From Eledone cirrhosa (Eukaryota): DNA of 64,000 nt. Positions 39,139-53,670 of the stretch are shown in pieces. Every line of letters begins with the position of its first letter. The first letter of the stretch is position 1. The position numbers were made by a program, and so were the translations under genes. Location: assembly GCA_964016885.1 (NCBI GenBank), contig OZ024743.1, positions 211,978,001 through 212,042,000 on the forward strand. The letters run 5' to 3'. The notes beneath the pieces are model-generated. The model ran no database searches and had not been told where the DNA came from. It was given only the letters and a program-made list of their open reading frames with translations.

Positions 39139-42094
39139 GGGCGGCCGGCCCACAATCGAAAAGGTTACTCCGCCTGCAAATCGTCATTTTCGGATTCGTT
39201 TTCTTCGAAGCACACCATTCGCCGGCGGACTTCAGCTGCCTCATTTAGCATGAGCAGTTTTTCTTGAAGATCACACCACACACAGCCAATGAGTGTCTGC
39301 ACATGTACCAGTAATTAGAGATCGATCCGACCACGGGCGGCCGGCCCACGATCGAGAAAAAGGTAACTCCGCCGGCAAATCGTCATTTTTGTGATCCGTT
39401 TTCTTCGAAGCACACCATTCGCCGCCGGACTTCAGCTGCCTCATTTAGCATGGGCAGTTTTTTTTGAAAATCACACCACACACAACCAATGTGTGTCTGC
39501 ACATGTACCAGTAATTACAGATCGATCCCACCACGGGCGGCCGGCCCACAATCGAAAAGGTTACTCCGCCTGCAAATCGTCATTTTCGGATTCGTTTTCT
39601 TCGAAGCACACCATTCGCCGGCGGACTTCAGCTGCCTCATTTAGCATGAGCAGTTTTTCTTGAAGATCACACCACACACAGCCAATGAGTGTCTGCACAT
39701 GTACCAGTAATTACAGATGGATCCCACCACGGGCGGCCGGCCCACAATCGAAAAGGTTACTCCGCCTGCAAATCGTCATTTTCGGATTCGTTTTCTTCGA
39801 AGCACACCATTCGCCGGCGGACTTCAGCTGCCTCATTTAGCATGAGCAGTTTTTCTTGAAGATCACACCACACACAGCCAATGAGTGTCTGCACATGTAC
39901 CAGTAATTACAGATGGATCCCACCACGGGCGGCCGGCCCACAATCGAAAAGGTTACTCCGCCTGCAAATCGTCATTTTCGGATTCGTTTTCTTCGAAGCA
40001 CACCATTCGCCGGCGGACTTCAGCTGCCTCATTTAGCATGGGCAGTTTTTCTTGAAGATCACACCACACACAGCCAATGAGTGTCTGCACATGTACCAGT
40101 AATTACAGATGGATCCCACCACGGGCGGCCGGCCCACAATTGAAAAGGTTACTCCGCCTGCAAATCGTCATTTTCGGATTCGTTTTCTTCGAAGCACACC
40201 ATTCGCCGGCGGACTTCAGCTGCCTCATTTAGCATGGGCAGTTTTTCTTGAAGATCACACCACACACAGCCAATGAGTGTCTGCACATGTACCAGTAATT
40301 AGAGATCGATCCGACCACGGGCGGCCGGCCCACGATCGAGGAAAAGGTAACTCCGCCGGCAAATCGTCATTTTTGTGATCCGTTTTCTTCGAAGCACACC
40401 ATTCGCCGCCGGACTTCAGCTGCCTCATTTAGCATGGGCAGTTTTTTTTGAAAATCACACCACACACAACCAATGTGTGTCTGCACATGTACCAGTAATT
40501 ACAGATCGATCCCACCACGGGCGGCCGGCCCACAATCGAAAAGGTTACTCCGCCTGCAAATCGTCATTTTCGGATTCGTTTTCTTCGAAGCACACCATTC
40601 GCCGGCGGACTTCAGCTGCCTCATTTAGCATGAGCAGTTTTTCTTGAAGATCACACCACACACAGCCAATGAGTGTCTGCACATGTACCAGTAATTACAG
40701 ATGGATCCCCCCACGGGCGGCCGGCCCACAATCGAAAAGGTTACTCCGCCTGCAAATCGTCATTTTCGGATTCGTTTTCTTCGAAGCACACCATTCGCCG
40801 GCGGACTTCAGCTGCCTCATTTAGCATGAGCAGTTTTTCTTGAAGATCACACCACACACAGCCAATGAGTGTCTGCACATGTACCAGTAATTACAGATGG
40901 ATCCCACCACGGGCGGCCGGCCCACAATCGAAAAGGTTACTCCGCCTGCAAATCGTCATTTTCGGATTCGTTTTCTTCGAAGCACACCATTCGCCGGCGG
41001 ACTTCAGCTGCCTTATTTAGCATGGGCAGTTTTTCTTGAAGATCACACCACACACAGCCAATGAGTGTCTGCACATGTACCAGTAATTAGAGATCGATCC
41101 GACCACGGGCGGCCGGCCCACGATCGAGAAAAAGGTAACTCCGCCGGCAAATAGTCATTTTTGTGATCCGTTTTCTTCGAAGCACACCATTCGCCGCCGG
41201 ACTTCAGCTGCCTCATTTAGCATGGGCAGTTTTTTTTGAAAATCACACCACACACAACCAATGTGTGTCTGCACATGTACCAGTAATTACAGATCGATCC
41301 GACCACGGGCGGCCGGCCCGCGATTGAAAAGGTAACTCCGCCGGCAAATCGTCATTTTTGTGATTCGTTTTCTTCGAAGCACACCATTCGCCGCCGGACT
41401 TCAGCTGCCTCATTTAGCATGGGCAGTTTTTTTTGAAAATCACACCACACACAACCAATGTGTGTCTGCACATGTACCAGTAATTACAGATCGATCCCAC
41501 CACGAGTTCAATGTAAACAAACTTACGCTCAACGACTTTGTTGACGTTTAACACGGTTTGGTTCCACAGCCACAACTATTGATTTTAAGGAGATATCTTG
41601 CTGAAATTCACGCCACACATAGCCAATGAGTGTCTGCACATGTACCAGTAATTACAGATCGATCCGACCACGGACGGCCGGCCCGCGATTGAAAAGGTAA
41701 CTCCGCCGGCAAATCGTCATTTTTGGATTCGTTTTCTTCGAAGCACACCATTCGCCGGCGTACTTTGTTGACGTTTAACATGGTTTGGTTCCACAGCCAC
41801 AACTATTGATTTTAAGGAGATATCTTGCTGAAATTCACGCCACACATAGCCAATGAGTGTCTGCACATGTACCAGTAATTACAGATGGATCCCCCCACGG
41901 GCGGCCGGCCCACAATCGAAAAGGTTACTCCGCCTGCAAATCGTCATTTTCGGATTCGTTTTCTTCGAAGCACACCATTCGCCGGCGGACTTCAGCTGCC
42001 TCATTTAGCATGAGCAGTTTTTCTTGAAGATCACACCACACACAGCCAATGAGTGTCTGCACATGTACCAGTAATTAGAGATCGATCCGACCAC
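36575..42094 (+). repeat. 2760 bp 14-monomer HOR (B-A4-B-A3-B-C-D-E-A) x2
   Basis: ORF pairs 36631/39391/42151, 37615/40375, 38600/41360 and 38848/41608 are offset by 2760, and the monomer sum is 2760. Confidence 0.85.
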
Positions 42095-45000
42095 GGGCGG
42101 CCGGCCCACGATCGAGAAAAAGGTAACTCCGCCGGCAAATCGTCATTTTTGTGATCCGTTTTCTTCGAAGCACACCATTCGCCGCCGGACTTCAGCTGCC
42201 TCATTTAGCATGGGCAGTTTTTTTTGAAAATCACACCACACACAACCAATGTGTGTCTGCACATGTACCAGTAATTACAGATCGATCCCACCACGGGCGG
42301 CCGGCCCACAATCGAAAAGGTTACTCCGCCTGCAAATCGTCATTTTCGGATTCGTTTTCTTCGAAGCACACCATTCGCCGGCGGACTTCAGCTGCCTCAT
42401 TTAGCATGAGCAGTTTTTCTTGAAGATCACACCACACACAGCCAATGAGTGTCTGCACATGTACCAGTAATTACAGATGGATCCCACCACGGGCGGCCGG
42501 CCCACAATCGAAAAGGTTACTCCGCCTGCAAATCGTCATTTTCGGATTCGTTTTCTTCGAAGCACACCATTCGCCGGCGGACTTCAGCTGCCTCATTTAG
42601 CATGGGCAGTTTTTCTTGAAGATCACACCACACACAGCCAATGAGTGTCTGCACATGTACCAGTAATTACAGATGGATCCCACCACGGGCGGCCGGCCCA
42701 CAATTGAAAAGGTTACTCCGCCTGCAAATCGTCATTTTCGGATTCGTTTTCTTCGAAGCACACCATTCGCCGGCGGACTTCAGCTGCCTCATTTAGCATG
42801 GGCAGTTTTTCTTGAAGATCACACCACACACAGCCAATGAGTGTCTGCACATGTACCAGTAATTAGAGATCGATCCGACCACGGGCGGCCGGCCCACGAT
42901 CGAGGAAAAGGTAACTCCGCCGGCAAATCGTCATTTTTGTGATCCGTTTTCTTCGAAGCACACCATTCGCCGCCGGACTTCAGCTGCCTCATTTAGCATG
43001 GGCAGTTTTTTTTGAAAATCACACCACACACAACCAATGTGTGTCTGCACATGTACCAGTAATTACAGATCGATCCCACCACGGGCGGCCGGCCCACAAT
43101 CGAAAAGGTTACTCCGCCTGCAAATCGTCATTTTCGGATTCGTTTTCTTCGAAGCACACCATTCGCCGGCGGACTTCAGCTGCCTCATTTAGCATGAGCA
43201 GTTTTTCTTGAAGATCACACCACACACAGCCAATGAGTGTCTGCACATGTACCAGTAATTACAGATGGATCCCCCCACGGGCGGCCGGCCCACAATCGAA
43301 AAGGTTACTCCGCCTGCAAATCGTCATTTTCGGATTCGTTTTCTTCGAAGCACACCATTCGCCGGCGGACTTCAGCTGCCTCATTTAGCATGAGCAGTTT
43401 TTCTTGAAGATCACACCACACACAGCCAATGAGTGTCTGCACATGTACCAGTAATTACAGATGGATCCCACCACGGGCGGCCGGCCCACAATCGAAAAGG
43501 TCACTCCGCCTGCAAATCGTCATTTTCGGATTCGTTTTCTTCGAAGCACACCATTCGCCGGCGGACTTCAGCTGCCTTATTTAGCATGGGCAGTTTTTCT
43601 TGAAGATCACACCACACACAGCCAATGAGTGTCTGCACATGTACCAGTAATTAGAGATCGATCCGACCACGGGCGGCCGGCCCACGATCGAGAAAAAGGT
43701 AACTCCGCCGGCAAATAGTCATTTTTGTGATCCGTTTTCTTCGAAGCACACCATTCGCCGCCGGACTTCAGCTGCCTCATTTAGCATGGGCAGTTTTTTT
43801 GAAAATCACACCACACACAACCAATGTGTGTCTGCACATGTACCAGTAATTACAGATCGATCCGACCACGGGCGGCCGGCCCGCGATTGAAAAGGTAACT
43901 CCGCCGGCAAATCGTCATTTTTGTGATTCGTTTTCTTCGAAGCACACCATTCGCCGCCGGACTTCAGCTGCCTCATTTAGCATGGGCAGTTTTTTTTGAA
44001 AATCACACCACACACAACCAATGTGTGTCTGCACATGTACCAGTAATTACAGATCGATCCCACCACGAGTTCAATGTAAACAAACTTACGCTCAACGACT
44101 TTGTTGACGTTTAACACGGTTTGGTTCCACAGCCACAACTATTGATTTTAAGGAGATATCTTGCTGAAATTCACGCCACACATAGCCAATGAGTGTCTGC
44201 ACATGTACCAGTAATTACAGATCGATCCGACCACGGACGGCCGGCCCGCGATTGAAAAGGTAACTCCGCCGGCAAATCGTCATTTTTGGATTCGTTTTCT
44301 TCGAAGCACACCATTCGCCGGCGGACTTCAGCTGCCTCATTTAGCATGGGCAGTTTTTCTTGAAGATCACACCACACACAGCCAATGAGTGTCTGCACAT
44401 GTACCAGTAATTAGAGATCGATCCGACCACGGGCGGCCGGCCCACGATCGAGGAAAAGGTAACTCCGCCGGCAAATCGTCATTTTTGTGATCCGTTTTCT
44501 TCGAAGCACACCATTCGCCGCCGGACTTCAGCTGCCTCATTTAGCATGGGCAGTTTTTTTTGAAAATCACACCACACACAACCAATGTGTGTCTGCACAT
44601 GTACCAGTAATTACAGATCGATCCCACCACGGGCGGCCGGCCCACAATCGAAAAGGTTACTCCGCCTGCAAATCGTCATTTTCGGATTCGTTTTCTTCGA
44701 AGCACACCATTCGCCGGCGGACTTCAGCTGCCTCATTTAGCATGAGCAGTTTTTCTTGAAGATCACACCACACACAGCCAATGAGTGTCTGCACATGTAC
44801 CAGTAATTACAGATGGATCCCCCCACGGGCGGCCGGCCCACAATCGAAAAGGTTACTCCGCCTGCAAATCGTCATTTTCGGATTCGTTTTCTTCGAAGCA
44901 CACCATTCGCCGGCGGACTTCAGCTGCCTCATTTAGCATGAGCAGTTTTTCTTGAAGATCACACCACACACAGCCAATGAGTGTCTGCACATGTACCAGT

Positions 45001-48000
45001 AATTACAGATGGATCCCACCACGGGCGGCCGGCCCACAATCGAAAAGGTTACTCCGCCTGCAAATCGTCATTTTCGGATTCGTTTTCTTCGAAGCACACC
45101 ATTCGCCGGCGGACTTCAGCTGCCTTATTTAGCATGGGCAGTTTTTCTTGAAGATCACACCACACACAGCCAATGAGTGTCTGCACATGTACCAGTAATT
45201 AGAGATCGATCCGACCACGGGCGGCCGGCCCACGATCGAGAAAAAGGTAACTCCGCCGGCAAATAGTCATTTTTGTGATCCGTTTTCTTCGAAGCACACC
45301 ATTCGCCGCCGGACTTCAGCTGCCTCATTTAGCATGGGCAGTTTTTTTTGAAAATCACACCACACACAACCAATGTGTGTCTGCACATGTACCAGTAATT
45401 ACAGATCGATCCGACCACGGGCGGCCGGCCCGCGATTGAAAAGGTAACTCCGCCGGCAAATCGTCATTTTTGTGATTCGTTTTCTTCGAAGCACACCATT
45501 CGCCGCCGGACTTCAGCTGCCTCATTTAGCATGGGCAGTTTTTTTTGAAAATCACACCACACACAACCAATGTGTGTCTGCACATGTACCAGTAATTACA
45601 GATCGATCCCACCACGAGTTCAATGTAAACAAACTTACGCTCAACGACTTTGTTGACGTTTAACACGGTTTGGTTCCACAGCCACAACTATTGATTTTAA
45701 GGAGATATCTTGCTGAAATTCACGCCACACATAGCCAATGAGTGTCTGCACATGTACCAGTAATTACAGATCGATCCGACCACGGACGGCCGGCCCGCGA
45801 TTGAAAAGGTAACTCCGCCGGCAAATCGTCATTTTTGGATTCGTTTTCTTCGAAGCACACCATTCGCCGGCGTACTTTGTTGACGTTTAACATGGTTTGG
45901 TTCCACAGCCACAACTATTGATTTTAAGGAGATATCTTGCTGAAATTCACGCCACACATAGCCAATGAGTGTCTGCACATGTACCAGTAATTACAGATGG
46001 ATCCCCCCACGGGCGGCCGGCCCACAATCGAAAAGGTTACTCCGCCTGCAAATCGTCATTTTCGGATTCGTTTTCTTCGAAGCACACCATTCGCCGGCGG
46101 ACTTCAGCTGCCTCATTTAGCATGAGCAGTTTTTCTTGAAGATCACACCACACACAGCCAATGAGTGTCTGCACATGTACCAGTAATTAGAGATCGATCC
46201 GACCACGGGCGGCCGGCCCACGATCGAGAAAAAGGTAACTCCGCCGGCAAATCGTCATTTTTGTGATCCGTTTTCTTCGAAGCACACCATTCGCCGCCGG
46301 ACTTCAGCTGCCTCATTTAGCATGGGCAGTTTTTTTTGAAAATCACACCACACACAACCAATGTGTGTCTGCACATGTACCAGTAATTACAGATCGATCC
46401 CACCACGGGCGGCCGGCCCACAATCGAAAAGGTTACTCCGCCTGCAAATCGTCATTTTCGGATTCGTTTTCTTCGAAGCACACCATTCGCCGGCGGACTT
46501 CAGCTGCCTCATTTAGCATGAGCAGTTTTTCTTGAAGATCACACCACACACAGCCAATGAGTGTCTGCACATGTACCAGTAATTACAGATGGATCCCACC
46601 ACGGGCGGCCGGCCCACAATCGAAAAGGTTACTCCGCCTGCAAATCGTCATTTTCGGATTCGTTTTCTTCGAAGCACACCATTCGCCGGCGGACTTCAGC
46701 TGCCTCATTTAGCATGGGCAGTTTTTCTTGAAGATCACACCACACACAGCCAATGAGTGTCTGCACATGTACCAGTAATTACAGATGGATCCCACCACGG
46801 GCGGCCGGCCCACAATTGAAAAGGTTACTCCGCCTGCAAATCGTCATTTTCGGATTCGTTTTCTTCGAAGCACACCATTCGCCGGCGGACTTCAGCTGCC
46901 TCATTTAGCATGGGCAGTTTTTCTTGAAGATCACACCACACACAGCCAATGAGTGTCTGCACATGTACCAGTAATTAGAGATCGATCCGACCACGGGCGG
47001 CCGGCCCACGATCGAGGAAAAGGTAACTCCGCCGGCAAATCGTCATTTTTGTGATCCGTTTTCTTCGAAGCACACCATTCGCCGCCGGACTTCAGCTGCC
47101 TCATTTAGCATGGGCAGTTTTTTTTGAAAATCACACCACACACAACCAATGTGTGTCTGCACATGTACCAGTAATTACAGATCGATCCCACCACGGGCGG
47201 CCGGCCCACAATCGAAAAGGTTACTCCGCCTGCAAATCGTCATTTTCGGATTCGTTTTCTTCGAAGCACACCATTCGCCGGCGGACTTCAGCTGCCTCAT
47301 TTAGCATGAGCAGTTTTTCTTGAAGATCACACCACACACAGCCAATGAGTGTCTGCACATGTACCAGTAATTACAGATGGATCCCCCCACGGGCGGCCGG
47401 CCCACAATCGAAAAGGTTACTCCGCCTGCAAATCGTCATTTTCGGATTCGTTTTCTTCGAAGCACACCATTCGCCGGCGGACTTCAGCTGCCTCATTTAG
47501 CATGAGCAGTTTTTCTTGAAGATCACACCACACACAGCCAATGAGTGTCTGCACATGTACCAGTAATTACAGATGGATCCCACCACGGGCGGCCGGCCCA
47601 CAATCGAAAAGGTCACTCCGCCTGCAAATCGTCATTTTCGGATTCGTTTTCTTCGAAGCACACCATTCGCCGGCGGACTTCAGCTGCCTTATTTAGCATG
47701 GGCAGTTTTTCTTGAAGATCACACCACACACAGCCAATGAGTGTCTGCACATGTACCAGTAATTAGAGATCGATCCGACCACGGGCGGCCGGCCCACGAT
47801 CGAGAAAAAGGTAACTCCGCCGGCAAATAGTCATTTTTGTGATCCGTTTTCTTCGAAGCACACCATTCGCCGCCGGACTTCAGCTGCCTCATTTAGCATG
47901 GGCAGTTTTTTTGAAAATCACACCACACACAACCAATGTGTGTCTGCACATGTACCAGTAATTACAGATCGATCCGACCACGGGCGGCCGGCCCGCGATT

Positions 48001-51000
48001 GAAAAGGTAACTCCGCCGGCAAATCGTCATTTTTGTGATTCGTTTTCTTCGAAGCACACCATTCGCCGCCGGACTTCAGCTGCCTCATTTAGCATGGGCA
48101 GTTTTTTTTGAAAATCACACCACACACAACCAATGTGTGTCTGCACATGTACCAGTAATTACAGATCGATCCCACCACGAGTTCAATGTAAACAAACTTA
48201 CGCTCAACGACTTTGTTGACGTTTAACACGGTTTGGTTCCACAGCCACAACTATTGATTTTAAGGAGATATCTTGCTGAAATTCACGCCACACATAGCCA
48301 ATGAGTGTCTGCACATGTACCAGTAATTACAGATGGATCCCACCACGGGCGGCCGGCCCACAATCGAAAAGGTTACTCCGCCTGCAAATCGTCATTTTCG
48401 GATTCGTTTTCTTCGAAGCACACCATTCGCCGGCAGATTTCAGCTGCCTCATTTAGCATGGGCAGTTTTTCTTGAAGATCACACCACACACAGCCAATGA
48501 GTGTCTGCACATGTACCAGTAATTAGAGATCGATCCGACCACGGGCGGCCGGCCCACGATCGAGAAAAAGGTAACTCCGCCGGCAAATCGTCATTTTTGT
48601 GATCCGTTTTCTTCGAAGCACACCATTCGCCGCCGGACTTCAGCTGCCTCATTTAGCATGGGCAGTTTTTCTTGAAGATCACACCACACACAGCCAATGA
48701 GTGTCTGCACATGTACCAGTAATTACAGATGGATCCCCCCACGGGCGGCCGGCCCACAATCGAAAAGGTTACTCCGCCTGCAAATCGTCATTTTCGGATT
48801 CGTTTTCTTCGAAGCACACCATTCGCCGGCGGACTTCAGCTGCCTCATTTAGCATGAGCAGTTTTTCTTGAAGATCACACCACACACAGCCAATGAGTGT
48901 CTGCACATGTACCAGTAATTACAGATGGATCCCCCCACGGGCGGCCGGCCCACAATCGAAAAGGTTACTCCGCCTGCAAATCGTCATTTTCGGATTCGTT
49001 TTCTTCGAAGCACACCATTCGCCAGCGGACTTCAGCTGCCTCATTTAGCATGAGCAGTTTTTCTTGAAGATCACACCACACACAGCCAATGAGTGTCTGC
49101 ACATGTACCAGTAATTACAGATGGATCCCACCACGGGCGGCCGGCCCACAATCGAAAAGGTTACTCCGCCTGCAAATCGTCATTTTCGGATTCGTTTTCT
49201 TCGAAGCACACCATTCGCCGGCGGACTTCAGCTGCCTCATTTAGCATGGGCAGTTTTTCTTGAAGATCACACCACACACAGCCAATGAGTGTCTGCACAT
49301 GTACCAGTAATTACAGATGGATCCCACCACGGGCGGCCGGCCCACAATCGAAAAGGTTACTCCGCCTGCAAATCGTCATTTTCGGATTCGTTTTCTTCGA
49401 AGCACACCATTCGCCGGCGGACTTCAGCTGCCTTATTTAGCATGGGCAGTTTTTCTTGAAGATCACACCACACACAGCCAATGAGTGTCTGCACATGTAC
49501 CAGTAATTAGAGATCGATCCGACCACGGGCGGCCGGCCCACGATCGAGAAAAAGGTAACTCCGCCGGCAAATAGTCATTTTTGTGATCCGTTTTCTTCGA
49601 AGCACACCATTCGCCGCCGGACTTCAGCTGCCTCATTTAGCATGGGCAGTTTTTTTTGAAAATCACACCACACACAACCAATGTGTGTCTGCACATGTAC
49701 CAGTAATTACAGATCGATCCGACCACGGGCGGCCGGCCCGCGATTGAAAAGGTAACTCCGCCGGCAAATCGTCATTTTTGTGATTCGTTTTCTTCGAAGC
49801 ACACCATTCGCCGCCGGACTTCAGCTGCCTCATTTAGCATGGGCAGTTTTTTTTGAAAATCACACCACACACAACCAATGTGTGTCTGCACATGTACCAG
49901 TAATTACAGATCGATCCCACCACGAGTTCAATGTAAACAAACTTACGCTCAACGACTTTGTTGACGTTTAACACGGTTTGGTTCCACAGCCACAACTATT
50001 GATTTTAAGGAGATATCTTGCTGAAATTCACGCCACACATAGCCAATGAGTGTCTGCACATGTACCAGTAATTACAGATCGATCCGACCACGGACGGCCG
50101 GCCCGCGATTGAAAAGGTAACTCCGCCGGCAAATCGTCATTTTTGGATTCGTTTTCTTCGAAGCACACCATTCGCCGGCGTACTTTGTTGACGTTTAACA
50201 TGGTTTGGTTCCACAGCCACAACTATTGATTTTAAGGAGATATCTTGCTGAAATTCACGCCACACATAGCCAATGAGTGTCTGCACATGTACCAGTAATT
50301 ACAGATGGATCCCCCCACGGGCGGCCGGCCCACAATCGAAAAGGTTACTCCGCCTGCAAATCGTCATTTTCGGATTCGTTTTCTTCGAAGCACACCATTC
50401 GCCGGCGGACTTCAGCTGCCTCATTTAGCATGAGCAGTTTTTCTTGAAGATCACACCACACACAGCCAATGAGTGTCTGCACATGTACCAGTAATTAGAG
50501 ATCGATCCGACCACGGGCGGCCGGCCCACGATCGAGAAAAAGGTAACTCCGCCGGCAAATCGTCATTTTTGTGATCCGTTTTCTTCGAAGCACACCATTC
50601 GCCGCCGGACTTCAGCTGCCTCATTTAGCATGGGCAGTTTTTTTTGAAAATCACACCACACACAACCAATGTGTGTCTGCACATGTACCAGTAATTACAG
50701 ATCGATCCCACCACGGGCGGCCGGCCCACAATCGAAAAGGTTACTCCGCCTGCAAATCGTCATTTTCGGATTCGTTTTCTTCGAAGCACACCATTCGCCG
50801 GCGGACTTCAGCTGCCTCATTTAGCATGAGCAGTTTTTCTTGAAGATCACACCACACACAGCCAATGAGTGTCTGCACATGTACCAGTAATTACAGATGG
50901 ATCCCACCACGGGCGGCCGGCCCACAATCGAAAAGGTTACTCCGCCTGCAAATCGTCATTTTCGGATTCGTTTTCTTCGAAGCACACCATTCGCCGGCGG

Positions 51001-52655
51001 ACTTCAGCTGCCTCATTTAGCATGGGCAGTTTTTCTTGAAGATCACACCACACACAGCCAATGAGTGTCTGCACATGTACCAGTAATTACAGATGGATCC
51101 CACCACGGGCGGCCGGCCCACAATTGAAAAGGTTACTCCGCCTGCAAATCGTCATTTTCGGATTCGTTTTCTTCGAAGCACACCATTCGCCGGCGGACTT
51201 CAGCTGCCTCATTTAGCATGGGCAGTTTTTCTTGAAGATCACACCACACACAGCCAATGAGTGTCTGCACATGTACCAGTAATTAGAGATCGATCCGACC
51301 ACGGGCGGCCGGCCCACGATCGAGGAAAAGGTAACTCCGCCGGCAAATCGTCATTTTTGTGATCCGTTTTCTTCGAAGCACACCATTCGCCGCCGGACTT
51401 CAGCTGCCTCATTTAGCATGGGCAGTTTTTTTTGAAAATCACACCACACACAACCAATGTGTGTCTGCACATGTACCAGTAATTACAGATCGATCCCACC
51501 ACGGGCGGCCGGCCCACAATCGAAAAGGTTACTCCGCCTGCAAATCGTCATTTTCGGATTCGTTTTCTTCGAAGCACACCATTCGCCGGCGGACTTCAGC
51601 TGCCTCATTTAGCATGAGCAGTTTTTCTTGAAGATCACACCACACACAGCCAATGAGTGTCTGCACATGTACCAGTAATTACAGATGGATCCCCCCACGG
51701 GCGGCCGGCCCACAATCGAAAAGGTTACTCCGCCTGCAAATCGTCATTTTCGGATTCGTTTTCTTCGAAGCACACCATTCGCCGGCGGACTTCAGCTGCC
51801 TCATTTAGCATGAGCAGTTTTTCTTGAAGATCACACCACACACAGCCAATGAGTGTCTGCACATGTACCAGTAATTACAGATGGATCCCACCACGGGCGG
51901 CCGGCCCACAATCGAAAAGGTCACTCCGCCTGCAAATCGTCATTTTCGGATTCGTTTTCTTCGAAGCACACCATTCGCCGGCGGACTTCAGCTGCCTTAT
52001 TTAGCATGGGCAGTTTTTCTTGAAGATCACACCACACACAGCCAATGAGTGTCTGCACATGTACCAGTAATTAGAGATCGATCCGACCACGGGCGGCCGG
52101 CCCACGATCGAGAAAAAGGTAACTCCGCCGGCAAATAGTCATTTTTGTGATCCGTTTTCTTCGAAGCACACCATTCGCCGCCGGACTTCAGCTGCCTCAT
52201 TTAGCATGGGCAGTTTTTTTTGAAAATCACACCACACACAACCAATGTGTGTCTGCACATGTACCAGTAATTACAGATCGATCCGACCACGGGCGGCCGG
52301 CCCGCGATTGAAAAGGTAACTCCGCCGGCAAATCGTCATTTTTGTGATTCGTTTTCTTCGAAGCACACCATTCGCCGCCGGACTTCAGCTGCCTCATTTA
52401 GCATGGGCAGTTTTTTTTGAAAATCACACCACACACAACCAATGTGTGTCTGCACATGTACCAGTAATTACAGATCGATCCCACCACGAGTTCAATGTAA
52501 ACAAACTTACGCTCAACGACTTTGTTGACGTTTAACACGGTTTGGTTCCACAGCCACAACTATTGATTTTAAGGAGATATCTTGCTGAAATTCACGCCAC
52601 ACATAGCCAATGAGTGTCTGCACATGTACCAGTAATTACAGATGGATCCCACCAC
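40319..52655 (+). repeat. Three related ~4.1-4.3 kb blocks (offsets 4112 and 4308)
   Basis: Private variant GGTCACTCC at 43502, 47614 and 51922. ORF triplets 41360/45472/49780, 42151/46263/50571 and 42939/47051/51359. Confidence 0.85.
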
Positions 52656-53670
52656 GGGCGGCCGGCCCACAATCGAAAAGGTTACTCCGCCTGCAAATCG
52701 TCATTTTCGGATTCGTTTTCTTCGAAGCACACCATTCGCCGGCGGACTTCAGCTGCCTCATTTAGCATGGGCAGTTTTTCTTGAAGATCACACCACACAC
52801 AGCCAATGAGTGTCTGCACATGTACCAGTAATTACAGATGGATCCCACCACGGGCGGCCGGCCCACAATTGAAAAGGTTACTCCGCCTGCAAATCGTCAT
52901 TTTCGGATTCGTTTTCTTCGAAGCACACCATTCGCCGGCGGACTTCAGCTGCCTCATTTAGCATGGGCAGTTTTTCTTGAAGATCACACCACACACAGCC
53001 AATGAGTGTCTGCACATGTACCAGTAATTAGAGATCGATCCGACCACGGGCGGCCGGCCCACGATCGAGAAAAAGGTAACTCCGCCGGCAAATCGTCATT
53101 TTTGTGATCCGTTTTCTTCGAAGCACACCATTCGCCGCCGGACTTCAGCTGCCTCATTTAGCATGGGCAGTTTTTTTTGAAAATCACACCACACACAACC
53201 AATTTGTGTCTGCACATGTACCAGTAATTACAGATCGATCCGACCACGGGCGGCCGGCCCGCGATTGAAAAGGTAACTCCGCCGGCAAATCGTCATTTTT
53301 GGATTCGTTTTCTTCGAAGCACACCATTCGCCGGCGTACTTTGTTGACGTTTAACACGGTTTGGTTCCACAGCCACAACTATTGATTTTAAGGAGATATC
53401 TTGCTGAAATTCACGCCACACATAGCCAATGAGTGTCTGCACATGTACCAGTAATTACAGATGGATCCCACCACGGGCGGCCGGCCCACAATCGAAAAGG
53501 TTACTCCGCCTGCAAATCGTCATTTTCGGATTCGTTTTCTTCGAAGCACACCATTCGCCGGCGGACTTCAGCTGCCTCATTTAGCATGAGCAGTTTTTCT
53601 TGAAGATCACACCACACACAGCCAATGAGTGTCTGCACATGTACCAGTAATTAGAGATCGATCCGACCAC

